Positions 25,601-40,384 of a stretch of DNA of 64,000 nucleotides are shown piece after piece. Position 1 is the stretch's first letter. The number at the start of each line of letters is the position of its first letter. The DNA comes from Guillardia theta CCMP2712 (taxonomy: Eukaryota; Protista; Cryptophyta), in assembly GCF_000315625.1 (NCBI RefSeq), contig NW_005434498.1, forward strand, positions 30,478 through 94,477. The letters are read 5' to 3'. A model generated the notes under the pieces. It did not search any database, had not been told where the DNA came from, and worked only from the letters and a program-made list of their open reading frames with translations. The position numbers and the translations under genes are program-made.

Positions 25601-28600
25601 TCCACTCCAACCAAGTAGCGATGTTGCCCCCAGAGCTGGGGCTTCTCACGAATCTAACTGAATTGTACCTACATGATAATTCCTTGACTCACTTTCCCGA
25701 GGAAGTAGGGACGATGTATTCTTTGAAAACAATTACTCTGAACAATAATAAGCTCAAGGAAATCAGCGCAGGTTTCATGAGAGTCACCTCTTTGACATCC
25801 ATGCAATTAGCGGACAACAAAATTCAAATTGTGCCTACCTGGATGTGGAAAGTCAGCAAATTGTCAAGCCTAAATTTGGACGGAAATCCTTTGTCATCTC
25901 CGCCAGAGAGGATACTTGAGAGAGGAACGAAGGCTGTCTTGGCTTACCTTCAGCTTGTCGATAGATCAAGAGTTAGTGGAAAGCTTTCCCTTGAGTCTCT
26001 TGCATTGGATGTTTTACCGAATGAATTGACTTCTCTTCAGGAGTTGTCGCTGCTGTCGCTGAATGTTAATGACATTGTGAGGCTCAAACCGGAAGTTCTC
26101 AAGACTTTGACATCATTGAAACAACTCGAAATATCTCGGAATAAATTGATGGAGATTCCGTCTGTCATTGGGAAGCTTATCAACTTATCCAGTCTTGACT
26201 TGAGCTCAAATTACCTCAAATCTTTGCCCGTTACAATCGGAAATCTGAAATCACTTGTGTATCTGAATGTTCGTGACAACCATCTCGATATGTTACCGCC
26301 TCACATCGGCGATCTCAACTTGCTTCGAGAACTCATTTTGGATGAGAACCCGTTGCTTGCTCCGCCGCCTGAGATTGTGAGTGGAGGAACCGATGCAATC
26401 CTGGAATATTTGAGGAGATTTTCGGAAGCTAACAAGACGGGAACTTTAAAACTTATCGGACTGAACCTCACCAGTCTCCCTCGAGAAATCCCCTTCTTGA
26501 CAGGTGTGACTGAACTTATGCTTACCAACAACTCTATCACGGAGCTGCCGTTAGAAATCGGATCTCTGACATGTTTGAAGCGATTGAGGTTGGATAAGAA
26601 CAAGCTCCAAGCTGTCCCACACACACTTGCCGATTGTATAGAGCTCGAAGAACTCATGTTAGGAGAGAATCAACTTACAGATTTGCCTGATGATTTTGAG
26701 AAACTTTCCAATTTGAATGTCTTAACTATGGGCCAGAATTTGATGAAGGTTATGCCTCCAGAAGTACAGCACATGAGCAATCTTACCAAGCTTTCTATCC
26801 GTGGAAATTTGATTACTTCTCTTCCAAGGTGGATAGGGACTCTGACTCGACTCTCAGTGCTCAATGTTGTCGGAAATCCTATCAATATGTTGCCCCCTGA
26901 ACTAGGCTTGCTGAAAAATTTGTCTCAGTTTGAATATGATGAAAGCATTCAATATCCAAAACCAGAAATTACGAACCGTGGAACATCATACATCATGGAA
27001 TACTTACGGAAGATACTGGAGGGTAAGAACACTGGAAAAGTTGACCTTAGTGACTTGGAACTGGAATCATTTCCTGCTGAAGTGAGTAGTATTGAGAATA
27101 TCAAGGAACTTGACGCATCGAGGAATCGCATTGTTCAATTTTCAAATGAAGTGTCTCACTTGACAGGACTCGAAAAGTTGCATCTTCATCATAACGCTCT
27201 AGAAGGACTTCCTGATGCAGTCAAGGCGTTGAGAAGCCTCACTTACCTCGATCTTTCGCACAATAGGATAATTTCGCTCAATCCTAACATCGGTAAATTG
27301 TCCAAGCTCAAAGCTTTGAATATTTCGCAAAATCTAATACAAACTCTACCCTTCGACTTGAAGAACAACACCGACTTAGAGCAGCTGATTGTGGATGAAA
27401 ACCCTCTGATATCTCCTCCAAAGGAAATAGTCAAACAAGGGACTGCACGCATGTGTCGATATTTGAACAAGATGCATATGGGCGCTGTGTCCGGGAAGTT
27501 GGATCTGAGTCAAATGAACCTTCGTTCATTTCCAGAGGATTCAGAGAGACTTGCATCTGTGACTTCTCTTGACCTAAAAGGAAATCATCTTCGCGGAATT
27601 CCAGGTGTCATCGGAAACTTTAGTGGGCTGAAGGAGCTCAAAGTGGAGAACAACGAGTTGATATCAATCAGTCCCATGATTGGCAATATCGTTTCTCTTC
27701 TTGTCGTGATGCTAGACAATAATTTGCTTAGTGAGCTTCCTGCTACCTTTGGCAGCTTAACTTTGCTTCAGAGGCTCTCTCTCATGGACAATCAACTTTC
27801 TGAGCTTCCGTCCTGTGTAAAGTCACTCACAAGGCTCCGGCGTTTGAATGTGGAAAACAACTCGATCCAGACGATTCCAGAATGGATAGGAGAGTTAAGA
27901 CTGATGGAGGAGCTTTCCTTTTCAAAAAACAAGATAAGCAATTTTCCCTCCACCGTCGGTTCCTTGAAATACTTGACGGACTTGAGAGTAGCTCACAATC
28001 ATATGACTCAGGTGCCAACTGAGCTTGGGCAAGCTCTCTCCTTGTTAAGGCTGAGGTTGTCTGGCAACATGTTCACGGATCTTCCCGATTCTATCACAGA
28101 TTTGACTAACCTGACAGATCTCTCCGTTGCCGACAACAACCTTCAACGGTTACCCCCTGGCCTTGGAACGATGACACAGCTGCAAAACCTGATCATGGAA
28201 AACAACCCATCACTGTTTGCTTACATTCCTCCAGACATTCTGAACAAGGGGGTGGAATCTACAAGAGGCTTTCTCCGAGCCTTGGCTTTAGCCAAAGAGA
28301 CTTTGCAATTGACTTTGATGGACCTACAAATATCGGTCCTATCTCCATCGATCACTGAGCTTACTGCAATTACGAGTCTTAGGCTGGACAGAAATTCAAT
28401 TGTTGAGCTTCCTGATCATTTATTTGGAATGACAAATTTGACAAGCCTGTCGCTCAAGACCAATAAGATTGACTACATTCCCGTTGGACTACTCAAGTTG
28501 ACAAGCCTTACTTACCTGAATTTCGATGAGAACCCGTTCAAGTCATTCCCTATTGAGATTATCCGCGAAGGGAAGGACTTGCTTTACGAGTATCTTGCCA

Positions 28601-31600
28601 GGGTGGAGACCTCTTACAGAACAGATCACTTGGATTTGAGCAATCTTGGCTTGAACGCGATGCCACAAGAAGTGCCGAAGTTGTCAGGTCTTACTGGTCT
28701 ATCGTTGGCTAACAATCGTATCACGTCTGTGCAAGATATTCAAAAACTGAAACATCTAGTCTCATTGGATTTGAGCCACAATCAGATTTCAAGTCTTATT
28801 GCTGACTTTGGTACTTTGACCGAAATGAGGAAGTTGAATTTGGAAAGCAACAAATTGACCTTTCTGCCTCTTAGCATGGCGAATATGGTGAACCTGCAGG
28901 CTCTTGACTTGGACGACAATCCCTTTGAGTCACCGCCAAGTGAGATAATCGCAAAAGGCAAAGATGCTGTCATCGATTACCTTCGAAGTTTGTCCTTCGG
29001 GGCCCATTCTGACAGTGTCGACCTTCGAAATCAAGGTCTTGAGAAGATCCCAGCATATGTATTGCAGTTTCACACGTTACAGACACTCTTGTTGGATCAA
29101 AATAGTCTATCTGCTTTACCAAGCGATATCAATGTACTAGCTAACTTGAAAACTCTAACATTTACAGACAACAAGATTAGAGAGCTTCCAGATGCTATAG
29201 GACTGCTGGAAAACTTGACAGAGCTCAGATGCGACAAGAATTCGCTTGAAGTGATCCCACAGACCATAGGCAATCTAGCCCGTCTCGAATGCTTCTCACT
29301 GAGATCAAACAAGCTTAGGGTGCTCCCGCCTGAAGTGGGAGGATTGATCCGTTTGAGTGAATTTGACATCCGCGACAATGAAGAGTTGCACCTTTTTCCC
29401 ATCGAACTAGGAAAGATAACCACCTTCAAGATCTTCTGGTTCGACGCCGATTCCATCACCTTCCCGCAAAAGGAAATCATTTCTGAGGGCCCTAAGTACA
29501 CTATGAAGTTCCTTCGTCTGTTGTATGATGCAACAAAGTCTGGGAATCTAGACTTGTCAAGTCCGGATTACAGCCTGAAGGTGATTGAATTTCAACTTGT
29601 ATCTCTTTTCTTGACTTTTCTGTTTCCAGGCTCTGGAAATTCCGGAAGAAAGATTTTCGAGTCTTACACTCCTAAATCTGTCAAAGAATTTTTTCCCTGC
29701 TATTCCAGAGTTCATCTATAATTTCACAGAAATTCGAGAACTTTCAGTGGAAGAAAACAAGATAGATGCTATTTCCAATGAGATAATCCAACTGATCCAT
29801 CTTAGAGTGCTGGACCTGAGAGAAAATAATCTTGCAGTCCTGCCGAATCAAATAGGACGTTTGACGGAACTGCGTCGATTGCTCTTGGATCGAAATGAGT
29901 TGACTATCTTACCAGAGAGTATAGGAGATCTCGTGAATCTTCAAGATCTGTATGTCAGCGAGAATCACTTAGGAGCTATTCCTTCATCCATTGGCAATCT
30001 ATCCAACCTGCAAGATTTGCGTCTTCAGTACAACGATTTGCATACGCTCGTTCCAAGCATCGCAGGGCTTGTTTCCGTTACTCAGATGAATGTTTCTTTC
30101 AACAAATTGATGGAAATTCCAGATTCTTTAGGTTTCATGACCTCGCTCAAACAGCTGCAACTGGATTCAAACGTATTGAGGTCATTACCTTCGTCGGTAG
30201 GAATGTTGTCAAACTTGGCACATGTCTCTCTCGTGGGTAACGATGTCACCGAGCTGCCCCCTGACATGGGTGATCTCATCAGTTTGAGATCCATCAGGTG
30301 CGATGTCGAGAGATTTACTTCGCCCCCACCAGAGGTATTTGCCCAGGGTGCAGATGTTTTGATCGAATATCTGGGAAGGATGAGAGTTGCTAGAGAGACA
30401 AATAGGCTGACTTTGAATGATTTTGGTCTGCAAACTTTGCCTTCTGCTATCTTTCAGATGCCTTCTCTTCAATCTCTGATTCTCGACGGTAACAACATTA
30501 AATCGTTTCCGCTCGCTTTCACAAAACTCGAGAGCCTCACTGAGCTTTCTCTGACCGGGAATCCTATGATCGCGCTACCTCCGGAAATAGGAACAATCAA
30601 AGTACTACAGGAATTGAGATACGACAATTCTCTTATCAAAAATCCTCCACAAGAGATTTTGGATCGAGGGTTGCATGTGATTGTGAGCTTTCTTCGGCGA
30701 CTTTTTGATGCAAGGTACACAGGCGTCGTTGACCTGCATGGCATGGCGTTAGAAAATTTGGTGGCAGCTGAAGTTTGGACTACCCAAATCGTGACAACAA
30801 ATATAACGAAGCTTAACTTCAAAGGAAACAATTTGACTTCTTGGCCGACCTTCATGTGTGATCGGATTTCAAACAATGTTTCAAAATTATCTTTGGCTGG
30901 AAACTCTCTCGTTTCACTCCCTCTTACATTTGGAAACCTTCAAGGACTGACGAAGTGCAATTTAAGCTCAAACAGACTTAAATCTCTGCCAGCTTCATTT
31001 GCAGATTTGACAAAACTGCACAAATTGAAACTCAACAACAATGAGTTCAATATGATTCCGGCTCCTGTATTCCAACTACACAGTTTGCTCCATCTCGAAG
31101 GTTTCGGGAACGAATTAACGGCGTTGCCTTCCCTAATTGGAAATCTTAGCAAATTGGTACATCTCAATCTCTCAAACAATCAATTGAGAACTTTGGCTCC
31201 AGAAATTGGATTTCTTACAAATACAACAGAATTGCTACTTGCCCACAACGATCTTGACATGCTACCAGACGAGATTGGGGGCATGCATGCACTTACTGCT
31301 GTGCAGCTGGCCCACAACCGATTGGAAAGTTTACCAGCAGAAATAGGATTTTGGTCAGCACTAACGGAACTAAATCTCGCTACGAATCGATTGACGGCAT
31401 TGCCTGTAGAACTGGGACTCCTAACACTCCTATCAAGACTTGACATTGAAAACAATGAGATCACTGTTCCTCCGGTTGAGGTTGTTGCCCGCGGTCCAGC
31501 CGATGTTGTTGATTTCATGAGGAGAATCTGCGACTCTCGACATACTGGAGTGCTGAACTTGAGTGGTCGAGGTCTACGGTTTGTAAACCCTGAGATCTTC

Positions 31601-34600
31601 AATATACAAGGGTTGAGAATTTTGAATCTAAGTGACAATCTTATTTTGAATATGCCTGACGCCTTTCAAGAGATGACAGTACTTAGTGAATTGATCCTGG
31701 CAAACAACCAGCTCTCTACTTTACCGCCTTCGATATCCTCATGTCTGAAGTTAGAGAGATTGGATATCAGTGGCAATAGAATGATCTCTCTGCCCGCCGA
31801 GATCGGTTCTTTGAACCAACTGAGTCGATTTGAATATCAACAAGGCGTTGAGTTGATCTCACCCCCTGATACCATCCTCAAACAAGGTACGCAATCAATC
31901 CTCGAATTCTTGGCTTCGATACATTTCGCACACAGAACTCAAAGATTGGATCTTTCTAAGATGGGACTAACTCAAATTCCGCCAGAAGTTCTTCATTTAT
32001 CTGGACTTAGACGACTGGCTCTTGATAACAATTTGTTGAACTCTCTGCCTGCAGAGATTGGGCTGATGACAAGTCTGGAGGAGCTGACTCTATTCTCGAA
32101 TGGGCTCGCCGAGCTGCCGCCCGAGATTAGCAAACTGACGAATCTTACAGAGTTGGATATCAGGAAAAACGAGATCAGAGTCGTTCCTGTGGCAGTTGGA
32201 AATTTATCGAATCTTACGATTCTTTCTATTGACAACGAACGTATTACGTCTCCTCCCAAAGAGATCGTAGCAGCTGGAACGACTATCATGGTGGACTACT
32301 TGAGGAGAATCTTTGAATCAAAGGTCTCCGGAGTTCTAGATCTCAGCAACCTGAGTATCTGGTCGTTGCCTGAAGAAGTTATTGAATTGCGAAATTTGCT
32401 TGAGATGAGCATTGCTGACAATCAGATTGTGCACCTTCCAGCATCCATTGGAATGCTGTCTTCGCTTGCTACTCTTTGGGTCGATCACAACCAAATCTCT
32501 GAACTTCCTCCCTCCATCGGCCAGCTCAATAATGTGCAATCCCTTGCTCTCGACTTTAACCAGTTGAATTCTCTTCCTAATCAGTTCGGCGACATGACAG
32601 CCCTTGTCACTCTGACAATTTCTCACAATTTATTGAAGTACTTGCCTACAAGTATTGGAAATCTGCCGAATCTTCGCATTCTAGATTTGAATCACAACAT
32701 GCTGAGGTCTCTTCCTCAGACTGTTGGCTTTTTGAGGCTTATGTCTGAACTCAAGTGCAACGCAAACCAGTTGACAACAGTTCCAACAACCATTGGTGAA
32801 TGTACAGCATTGAGGCAACTTGATCTGTCCTTCAATGCCATATCTGCCCTGCCATTAGAGATTGGTCGGCTGACAAAGATGAAACAACTGCTTCTGAACA
32901 ACAATCGATTGGACTCCATCCCTGCTTCCATTGGCACCATGACCTTGTTGCAAGAGCTCAATTTGTTCGAAAATCCTCTCAAGGGTCTTCCAACAGAGTT
33001 GGGTAATATTCAAAAGCTCAAAACGTTGGTTGTCGACGTGTCAGCAGTCAATACAATTCCGGGAACTACTCACAAACAATCTTCACAAGCAGAGGGAAAT
33101 AAAATCATCGATGGTGGCATGATTTCGAAGCAAAGCGAAGCCGACGGAGCAAGCATCATGGAAAGCTTACAGCGAATGTTCCATGCCAAGAAATCAGGTA
33201 TTCTCTTTCAACATTTGTTTTCAAGTATTTGACAACTTTGCGCAGGTTTTCTTGATCTCAGCAACATGGGGCTGTCACGGATCCCCACAGAGATCCATAC
33301 CATGACTTCATTGACACAGTTGGCATTAGATCACAATTCTTTGACTGAGTTATCTGAAGCTATTGCTGGGCTGCAAGCGCTCTTGAGATTGTCAATTGCT
33401 CATAATCATCTAACAAAGCTGCACCCGGCCTTCGTTGAATTGACTATGTTAAAAGAATTGACCTTGAGCTACAACGAATTCGCGATTTTTCCTCCTGAGG
33501 TGGTGGAGCTGACAGGCTTGAAAAGGCTTGCAATCGATCACAACAATCTTACTGAGCTTCCTCCTGAAATGGGGAACATGCCGCTCCTGCGCAAGCTCAA
33601 GTTGCACAGCAATGAATTCAAGTCTCCACCTCGTGAGATCATCATGCAAGGAACTACCATCTTGTTAGCATATCTGAAAGCCTTGTATGACGGCAAGAGG
33701 TCAGAAAAACTAGACTTGTCAAAGCTTGGCTTGCTCGAGCTGCCTAAAGAAGTGTGTCGTTTGACGAACCTTGTGTCTCTAATGCTCTCGGAGAATCAGA
33801 TTCGAATGATCGATGCTGACATTTGCTTCTTGACCAACCTGAGAGAACTTCGTGCCAACAGCAACCAGCTTATTTCCTTGCCGCCGGAGCTGGAAGCCTG
33901 TAAGAACCTGGTCAGGCTCGACGTGAGAAACAATCAGTTGAATGCCGTGCCTGCCGAGCTTGCCTCCATGTCTGGCCTGAGGACCTTAGAGTTGTCAGGA
34001 AATCCGATCAACTCACCGCCGATCAATGTCGTGGAGAGTGGGGTCGAGGCCATTTTGGAGTACTTGCAGCAAATTTATCGCATCAGGGATGCTCGCCGGG
34101 CTGATTTTGGCGGGATGAATCTTACTCATTTCCCATCGGAGGTCTGCATTCATGTTGAGATAGTTGACCTCTCTGTAGCTGATAACCGAATCTCTGTGAT
34201 CCCTGGCGCGATACAGTCACTTGTGAATCTGACATCTTTGAACATGGACAACAATCTCTTGACCTCTCTGCACCCGGCGATCAGGCAGTTAGCCTCCCTG
34301 AGGTCCCTCTCAATCGAGCATAACAAGCTGGAGAGTATCATCCCTGTGTTGGGGAAGCTCACCGAATTGCGCGTTTTGAAACTATCAAGTAACCAGCTCC
34401 GGACATTGCCAGCGACTATCGGCGCTCTCGGTCAACTGAGAGAGTTACAACTCGGAGACAACAGAATAGAAAATCTCCCTGCTTCTATCGGAAGCCTGAC
34501 AAGTTTGAACACCCTCATTCTGACTGACAACAATCTCCCTGAAATTCCAGCAGAAATTGGATACCTGACCAACCTGACGTTCCTCTCCCTCTCTGGCAAC

Positions 34601-37600
34601 CCCATCACCTCGCTTCCCCTCGAGATTGGAGGGTTGGAAGTGTTGAGGATCATCAACGTGGACGAGAACAAGCTTCAGACGCCTCCCAAGGAAGTGGTCA
34701 TGAAGGGAACCTCGTCTATGATGGACTATCTCCGCAAAGTTTCCAAGTCACAGAACAGCAGAGTCCTGGACCTGAGCTGCATGGGGTTGTGGCATTTCCC
34801 ACCGGAGATTGCGAGGTTGAAGTACCTCAAGTCGCTCCTCCTCACTGGCAATCTCATCAGTGAGTTGTCACCTCAGATTGCTCAGCTGACTGGCCTGGAG
34901 GAGCTTTCTCTCGCAGACAACAAGATCAAGTATCTGCCCGTCGAGTTGTCGCTCCTCACCAACTTGACCGAGCTCTCGCTCATCGACAATGAAATCACCA
35001 GCATTCCACCAGAGTTTTCAAGCCTCAAGCTGATGAACTCGATGCATCTGGACAACAACAACCTGAAGACTCCTCCGCAAGAGGTTGTCATGAGAGGGAC
35101 CAACGAGGTGATGAATTACCTTCGCCGAGTTTTGAAAGCGCGAGATTCGCGAGTGTTGGAATTGTCCTTTTTGGACTTGCGATCATTTCCCGTGGAGTAT
35201 CTTGGGATCACAAACTTGACCGAGTTGTCATTGAGTGACAACCAACTATCTTCCTTGTCGCCTGAGATAGGATCTTGCGCCGATCTGGTTAAGCTCTGGC
35301 TACAAAATAACAAGTTGTCAACTCTTCCACCATCCATTCGAAGTTTGACCAAGTTAGATACGATCTGTCTGGATAACAACAAGTTCGATTCTGTTCCTCC
35401 TATGATGAGATACTTGACAGGTATATCGAAATTGATGTTGTGCGACAACCTTTTGGATGAAATCCCTTCGAGTCTTGGAGACCTGGATAATCTGCAGACC
35501 CTCGCACTGAGCGGGAACAAGTTGACGACGTTTCCAGAGATCTTTCACAAGTGGACCGCCTTGACAGAGCTGAAAGTTGCTTCCAATCGGATCTCTGAGC
35601 TTCAACTCCAATTCGAGGTCCTAACGAATCTCAACGTCCTCAACCTAGAAGGAAATCTTCTAGTCTCTCCTCCCCGTGAAGTTCTCCAGAAGGGAACTCG
35701 TCCCACGTTGGAGTACATCAAGAAGCTCAAGATTGCGCGAGAGACTCGTTGTATGGACTTGTGTGACTTTCACTTGCGCGTGCTCCCCGAAGAAGTGATC
35801 CGAAACAACACTAAGTTACGAGAGTTGAAGTTGTCAAGAAATCAGATGAGAATTCTTCCAGGAGAAATGAAGTTGTGCCAGGACCTGCAGCTGCTCTTGA
35901 TCGATCACAACCTGCTCAGTGAACTCCCGACAGAGATCGGACAACTGATCCATCTCACCAAGCTCGATGCTTCTTACAACCAACTGCGGTCATTGCCTTC
36001 GTCTCTTGGAAAGCTGACGAACTTGTATTCTCTGATCCTCAAAGAGAACCCAATCCAATCTCTTCCTCCGGATCTGAAGCGGCTCACCAACATCAGCGAA
36101 CTTCAGATCAAGATCACCGAACTGGCCAATGTACGGAAGTCAGGAGCAGACGTCGAGGATGACGGGCCCAAGTTGCCTCCCCAAGAGATCATCTTGCGGG
36201 GCGAGGATGCTATTCTCTCTTATGCTGGCAAGTTGCGCGACGGAGGAGTGACGGGGAAGTTGGACCTGGGGGATCTTGGACTCCGGGAGCTCCCTCAAGC
36301 AGTTTTACAGCTGTCGAACCTGACGAGCTTGAAGCTGGACAACAACAAGCTCAAGTCGCTACCAGACAACATCAGCGAGCTGAAGCAGCTCAAGGCCATC
36401 AGCATCGACGGCTGCTCGCGCCTCACCGCCCTTCCTGTCAAGATGGGTCGCTTGACCAACCTGACCAAGTTGTCTCTCAACGGGCTCCAGCTCGTCACGC
36501 CTCCGCACGTGGTACTGCAATGGGAGGTAGAAGACGTCATGGACTATCTGTCACGATTCGACGAGGCTTCCGAGACCGGCATCCTCGACCTGATCGACAT
36601 CGGCCTCCTCCATGTGCCTCTCGAGACCTTCGAGCTCACAGAGCTGAGAGAGCTCAACCTCTGCGGCAACAAGATCGCCGAACTCCCGCAGGAGTTCGCC
36701 AAGTTGTCAAGTCTAGAGCTACTCAACCTAGCGGAGAATCAGATCCAAACCCTCCCAATGTCGTTCATTCACTTCACCAACTTGAACGCTCTGGATGTCA
36801 GCAACAACGGTCTGACGCATCTGCCTCCCGTCATCTGCATGCTCTCTTCCCTCAGCGAGTTGCACTGTGGAGGCAACAAATTCCACACGCTTCCTCCCAA
36901 ATTGGGCACCTTGACTAACCTGGTTGAGCTGGACCTCGGCAAGTCCAACCTGCGAACGCCTCCGGTCGAAGTAGTGTCGAAGGGGACGGCAGCTGTGCTG
37001 GAGTATCTGGCAAGGATGTACGACTCCAAGTCCTCTATGACGTTGGACCTCAGCGGGATGGGAATCCAGTCGATGCCGCTGGACGGCATCGACGTGACCA
37101 ACCTGACAAGGCTGTCGCTCTCCAACAACCTCCTCAAGAACCTCCCGTACGAGGTGCTTGACATGACCGCTCTCACGGAGCTCTGGATCGACCGGAACCA
37201 CCTCGACGTCGTTCCTGCTGCCATCGGAAGCCTCAGCGCGCTTAGGGCGCTCAACCTCGCCAAGAACAGCCTGATCTCGCTCCCAGTCTCCATCGGGGAC
37301 CTCGCGCTCCTGCAGGTGCTGCACCTGCACGAGAACGAGCTTGAGGCTCTTCCCGAGTCCATCGGCGACCTGTCGGCTCTCACAGACCTCCGGCTGGATC
37401 ACAACAATCTCACTGTGCTCCCCATCGACCTGGGATCCTTGACGAACCTGACCATGATCACCCTCGACCACAACCCCCTGCGATCGCCGCCAGAGGAGGT
37501 GATCAAGCGAGGAGAGCGCGAAACGATCCACTACCTCTGGACCTTCACGCAGTCTCGCAAGTCGATGGAGCTGGACTTGAGCTTCCTCAAGCTCTCCGAC

Positions 37601-38845
37601 TTCCCTGACCAGATCCTCGAGTTGCAGGAGCTCCAACGGCTGACTCTCAAAGACAACTCCATCACCAACCTCTCCTCCAAGATCGGCAAGATGCGGAGGA
37701 TCACCGAGCTCTATCTGCAGAGAAACCAGATGCTCACCCTGCCGGAGGAGATCGGCCGGCTGAACGCCATGACGACCATCGACCTGTCCGTCAATCGTCT
37801 GAGTGAGATCCCGTCGTCCATTGGAGGATGCGTCTCCCTTGTTCACTTCCGAGCTTCGCACAACCGACTCATTGAGCTGCCCCCAGGCATCGGCAGCATG
37901 CCGGGCTTACGCGATCTCATGGTGGACCATAACGCGCTCACGTTCCTCCATCCTGCCATCGGGAACTGTGGAGAGCTGCTGCATATCGACCTCTCGCACA
38001 ACCGGTTGAACAGTCTGCACGCGTCCATCAGCAATTGTCGCCTCCTCTCCCGCCTCAACTTGGCTTCGAACCTCTTCAGCAGCATCCCTCCCGTCGTCTG
38101 TACGCTCACAGCCATGACGGATCTTCGGTTCGAGAGGAACGAGCTGACGGTCTTGACGCCTCTGATCGGAAACCTCGTGGAGCTGAGAATGTTTGACATC
38201 AGCGAGAACAAGCTGGAGACTCTCCCGCGAACCATCGGAAATCTTTCAGCTCTTGTGGAACTCAACTGCAACGACAACAACATAAGCTCACTGCCTCCTT
38301 CTCTTAAGGACCTCTTCTCCATCCAGAGGATCAACATCAGCTCCAACAAGCTCAAGCTGCTGCCTACCGACGTCACTGGCCTCACCTCCCTCAAGCGGCT
38401 CGCTATCAGCGGCAACGAGTTGCAGTCGCTTCCCCCCGAGGTCGGGGTCATGTCCTCCCTCACTGAGCTCTTGCTCGACGGCAACCAGCTCAACACGCTG
38501 CCTCTCTCCATCGGCAGACTCACCGAGCTCCAGGTGCTCAACTTGGACGGCAATCGCCTCTCCCTCCTCCCTCCCGAGGTCGCTGGCATGACTGCTCTAC
38601 GAGAGTTGTGGGTGCATGACAACAAGCTGTCGGTGGTGCCCGAGGGAATCGCAGACTTGACCAACCTCAACGTGCTGACTCTGAGCAACAACGAGCTCAC
38701 TGTACTACCCGCAAACATGACAAGGCTGGTCTCCCTCAACGAGCTGTGGATCAAAGACAACAACCTCAAGAGCCATCCCTTCCGCCAGGGTCTCCTCCCT
38801 AACCTCCGTGTGCTCCTTGTGGACATGGGCGTCAAGGTAGTCTAG
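19603..38845 (+). CDS. Giant leucine-rich-repeat protein (about 6,300 aa) made of about 35 tandem capped LRR modules
   Basis: The ORFs join in frame across GT-AG introns 19690-19736, probably 19782-19832, 20668-20719, 29581-29629 and 33198-33245. LxxLxLxxNxLxxLP repeats run throughout, punctuated about 34 times by (S/T)PPxEVxxxGxxAIxxYL...LDLS. Confidence 0.92.
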
Positions 38846-38905
38846 GAAACTTTATTGATTAACAAGCAAGCTATCTGGTTAGCAAGATTTGGTCTTCACC
38901 CGTCT

Positions 38906-40384
38906 TCACACGTTCGAGATGGCGTTGAGGATGCGAAGGTTGTAGCCTCTCACTTTCTCCTCTACTGACGCCTGCTCCTCGTTGTGCTTTGCGATTTCTG
39001 TCTGCTCTTGGTTCTCAATGTCGTAGATACGCTTCTCGAGCTGCTTCGCCTCATCCTCGAGCCTACCTGCCTCCGCTGACAACTGTTCAAAGTAGTCAAG
39101 TATGTTTGCACGCGTCCTCACCATCTTACCTGCACATTCTCCTTGTCTGCCTCCAGCTGCGCATGTCGCCATCGCTCCATCTCGCGGTCGGCAGCCTCAC
39201 GCTTCAGCCTCTGCCTCGCCTCGAGCTCTGCCGCTCTTGCCGAGGTGCTGTGCAACTGCCGTTTAAGCGACTGCTCCTGGATCGAGAGCTCCTTTCTCAA
39301 GGCCTCCTGCTCCTGCATGGAAGTCTGGAGCCTCTTCACGTCCTTCTTTGCTGCTTTCGTCTTGGCCATGGCGTCCTCGACCTCCTTCAGACTCTTGATC
39401 AGCTTCTGCACGTCCTTCTCTGTCTTGTTCAGCCCATCGATCTTGGTTCGCAGCCCCTGCAGCTTCTCGTCCATCTCCTTGAGCAGTGAGTTGTCGCTCT
39501 CCAGAGCTGACGACATGTCCCCGATCTCCTTCTTCACCCTTTCGGGAGAGCGAACAACAAGGTTCTGCAGCTTCGACACCTCAGTCTTGAGTGTGAGCAA
39601 CGCAAACTGATCATGGTCGCGCTTGTCGCTAAGCTCCTGTCTATGTTGCTTCATCTCGTGGATCTTTGCCTTGAGGTTGCTTTGCTCAACATTCAGGCTC
39701 TTGATCTGCTCCTCCATCTTCTCGTTCTCTTGCTGCAGGCCTTGGATGATCGGCTCTTCCTGCTTTCTCTGCGCTCGAAGCTGATGCAGCTGCACCGTCA
39801 GCTCCTCAAACTTGTTGTCTACGACGCTCTTCTCGTTCTGCAAGTTTTCCTGCAGTGGATGCTCAGTCAGTCATGGGCTCATGGGATGCATTCCCTACCG
39901 TTGCCTCGACGAACTGCTCAAATGTCGACACCTTCTCTTCTCGGAACTTGGCAAAGTTGATGACAGCACTGAAGATCTTGCGGATTCTGGGATACTCGGG
40001 CTTGGAAAGGTCCTTGTGGCTGAAGTCGTGTACTCCCGACGCTTGCATCAGTTTCATTCTGTACAGACATGTCACAATATCTTCACTTGGGAATCGTAGC
40101 GAGAGGAAGGAGACATCTACTCACATGGATCGATTGAATGCAAGCTGTCCAACAGAAAACTCGTGTAGCTCGGGATGATCAAACACATCGATTCCGCTGA
40201 ATCGCATCTGTGCATTATCGTCCGCACTGAATCCCATGAAGATGTCAAGCAACTGCTCCATCACTCTTGTGATGTGATCGGGTGATGGCTTGACCAACTG
40301 CTCTTCTGTCATGGCGCAACCCAACTCGGACATGCATTCGAGGATCTCGCGATTTTCCAGGACAGGAAAGGAGTATCCAGACAT
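38906..40384 (-). CDS. NUF2: Kinetochore protein Nuf2 (Ndc80 complex), multi-exon
   Basis: N-terminus YSFPVLENREILECMSELG...LVKPSP; GVHDFSHKDLSKPEYPRIRKIFSAVINFAKFREE; VVRSPERVK followed by a long coiled coil. Confidence 0.92.

Noticed and set aside
21281-38835. Many minus-strand ORFs, up to 377 aa, within the LRR gene
   Set aside because: Antisense shadows of a biased-codon coding strand, with no independent protein features.
19603-38845. Roco/LRRK or NLR assignment for the LRR gene
   Set aside because: No P-loop GTPase, COR, kinase or NB-ARC/NACHT motifs found in the translation.
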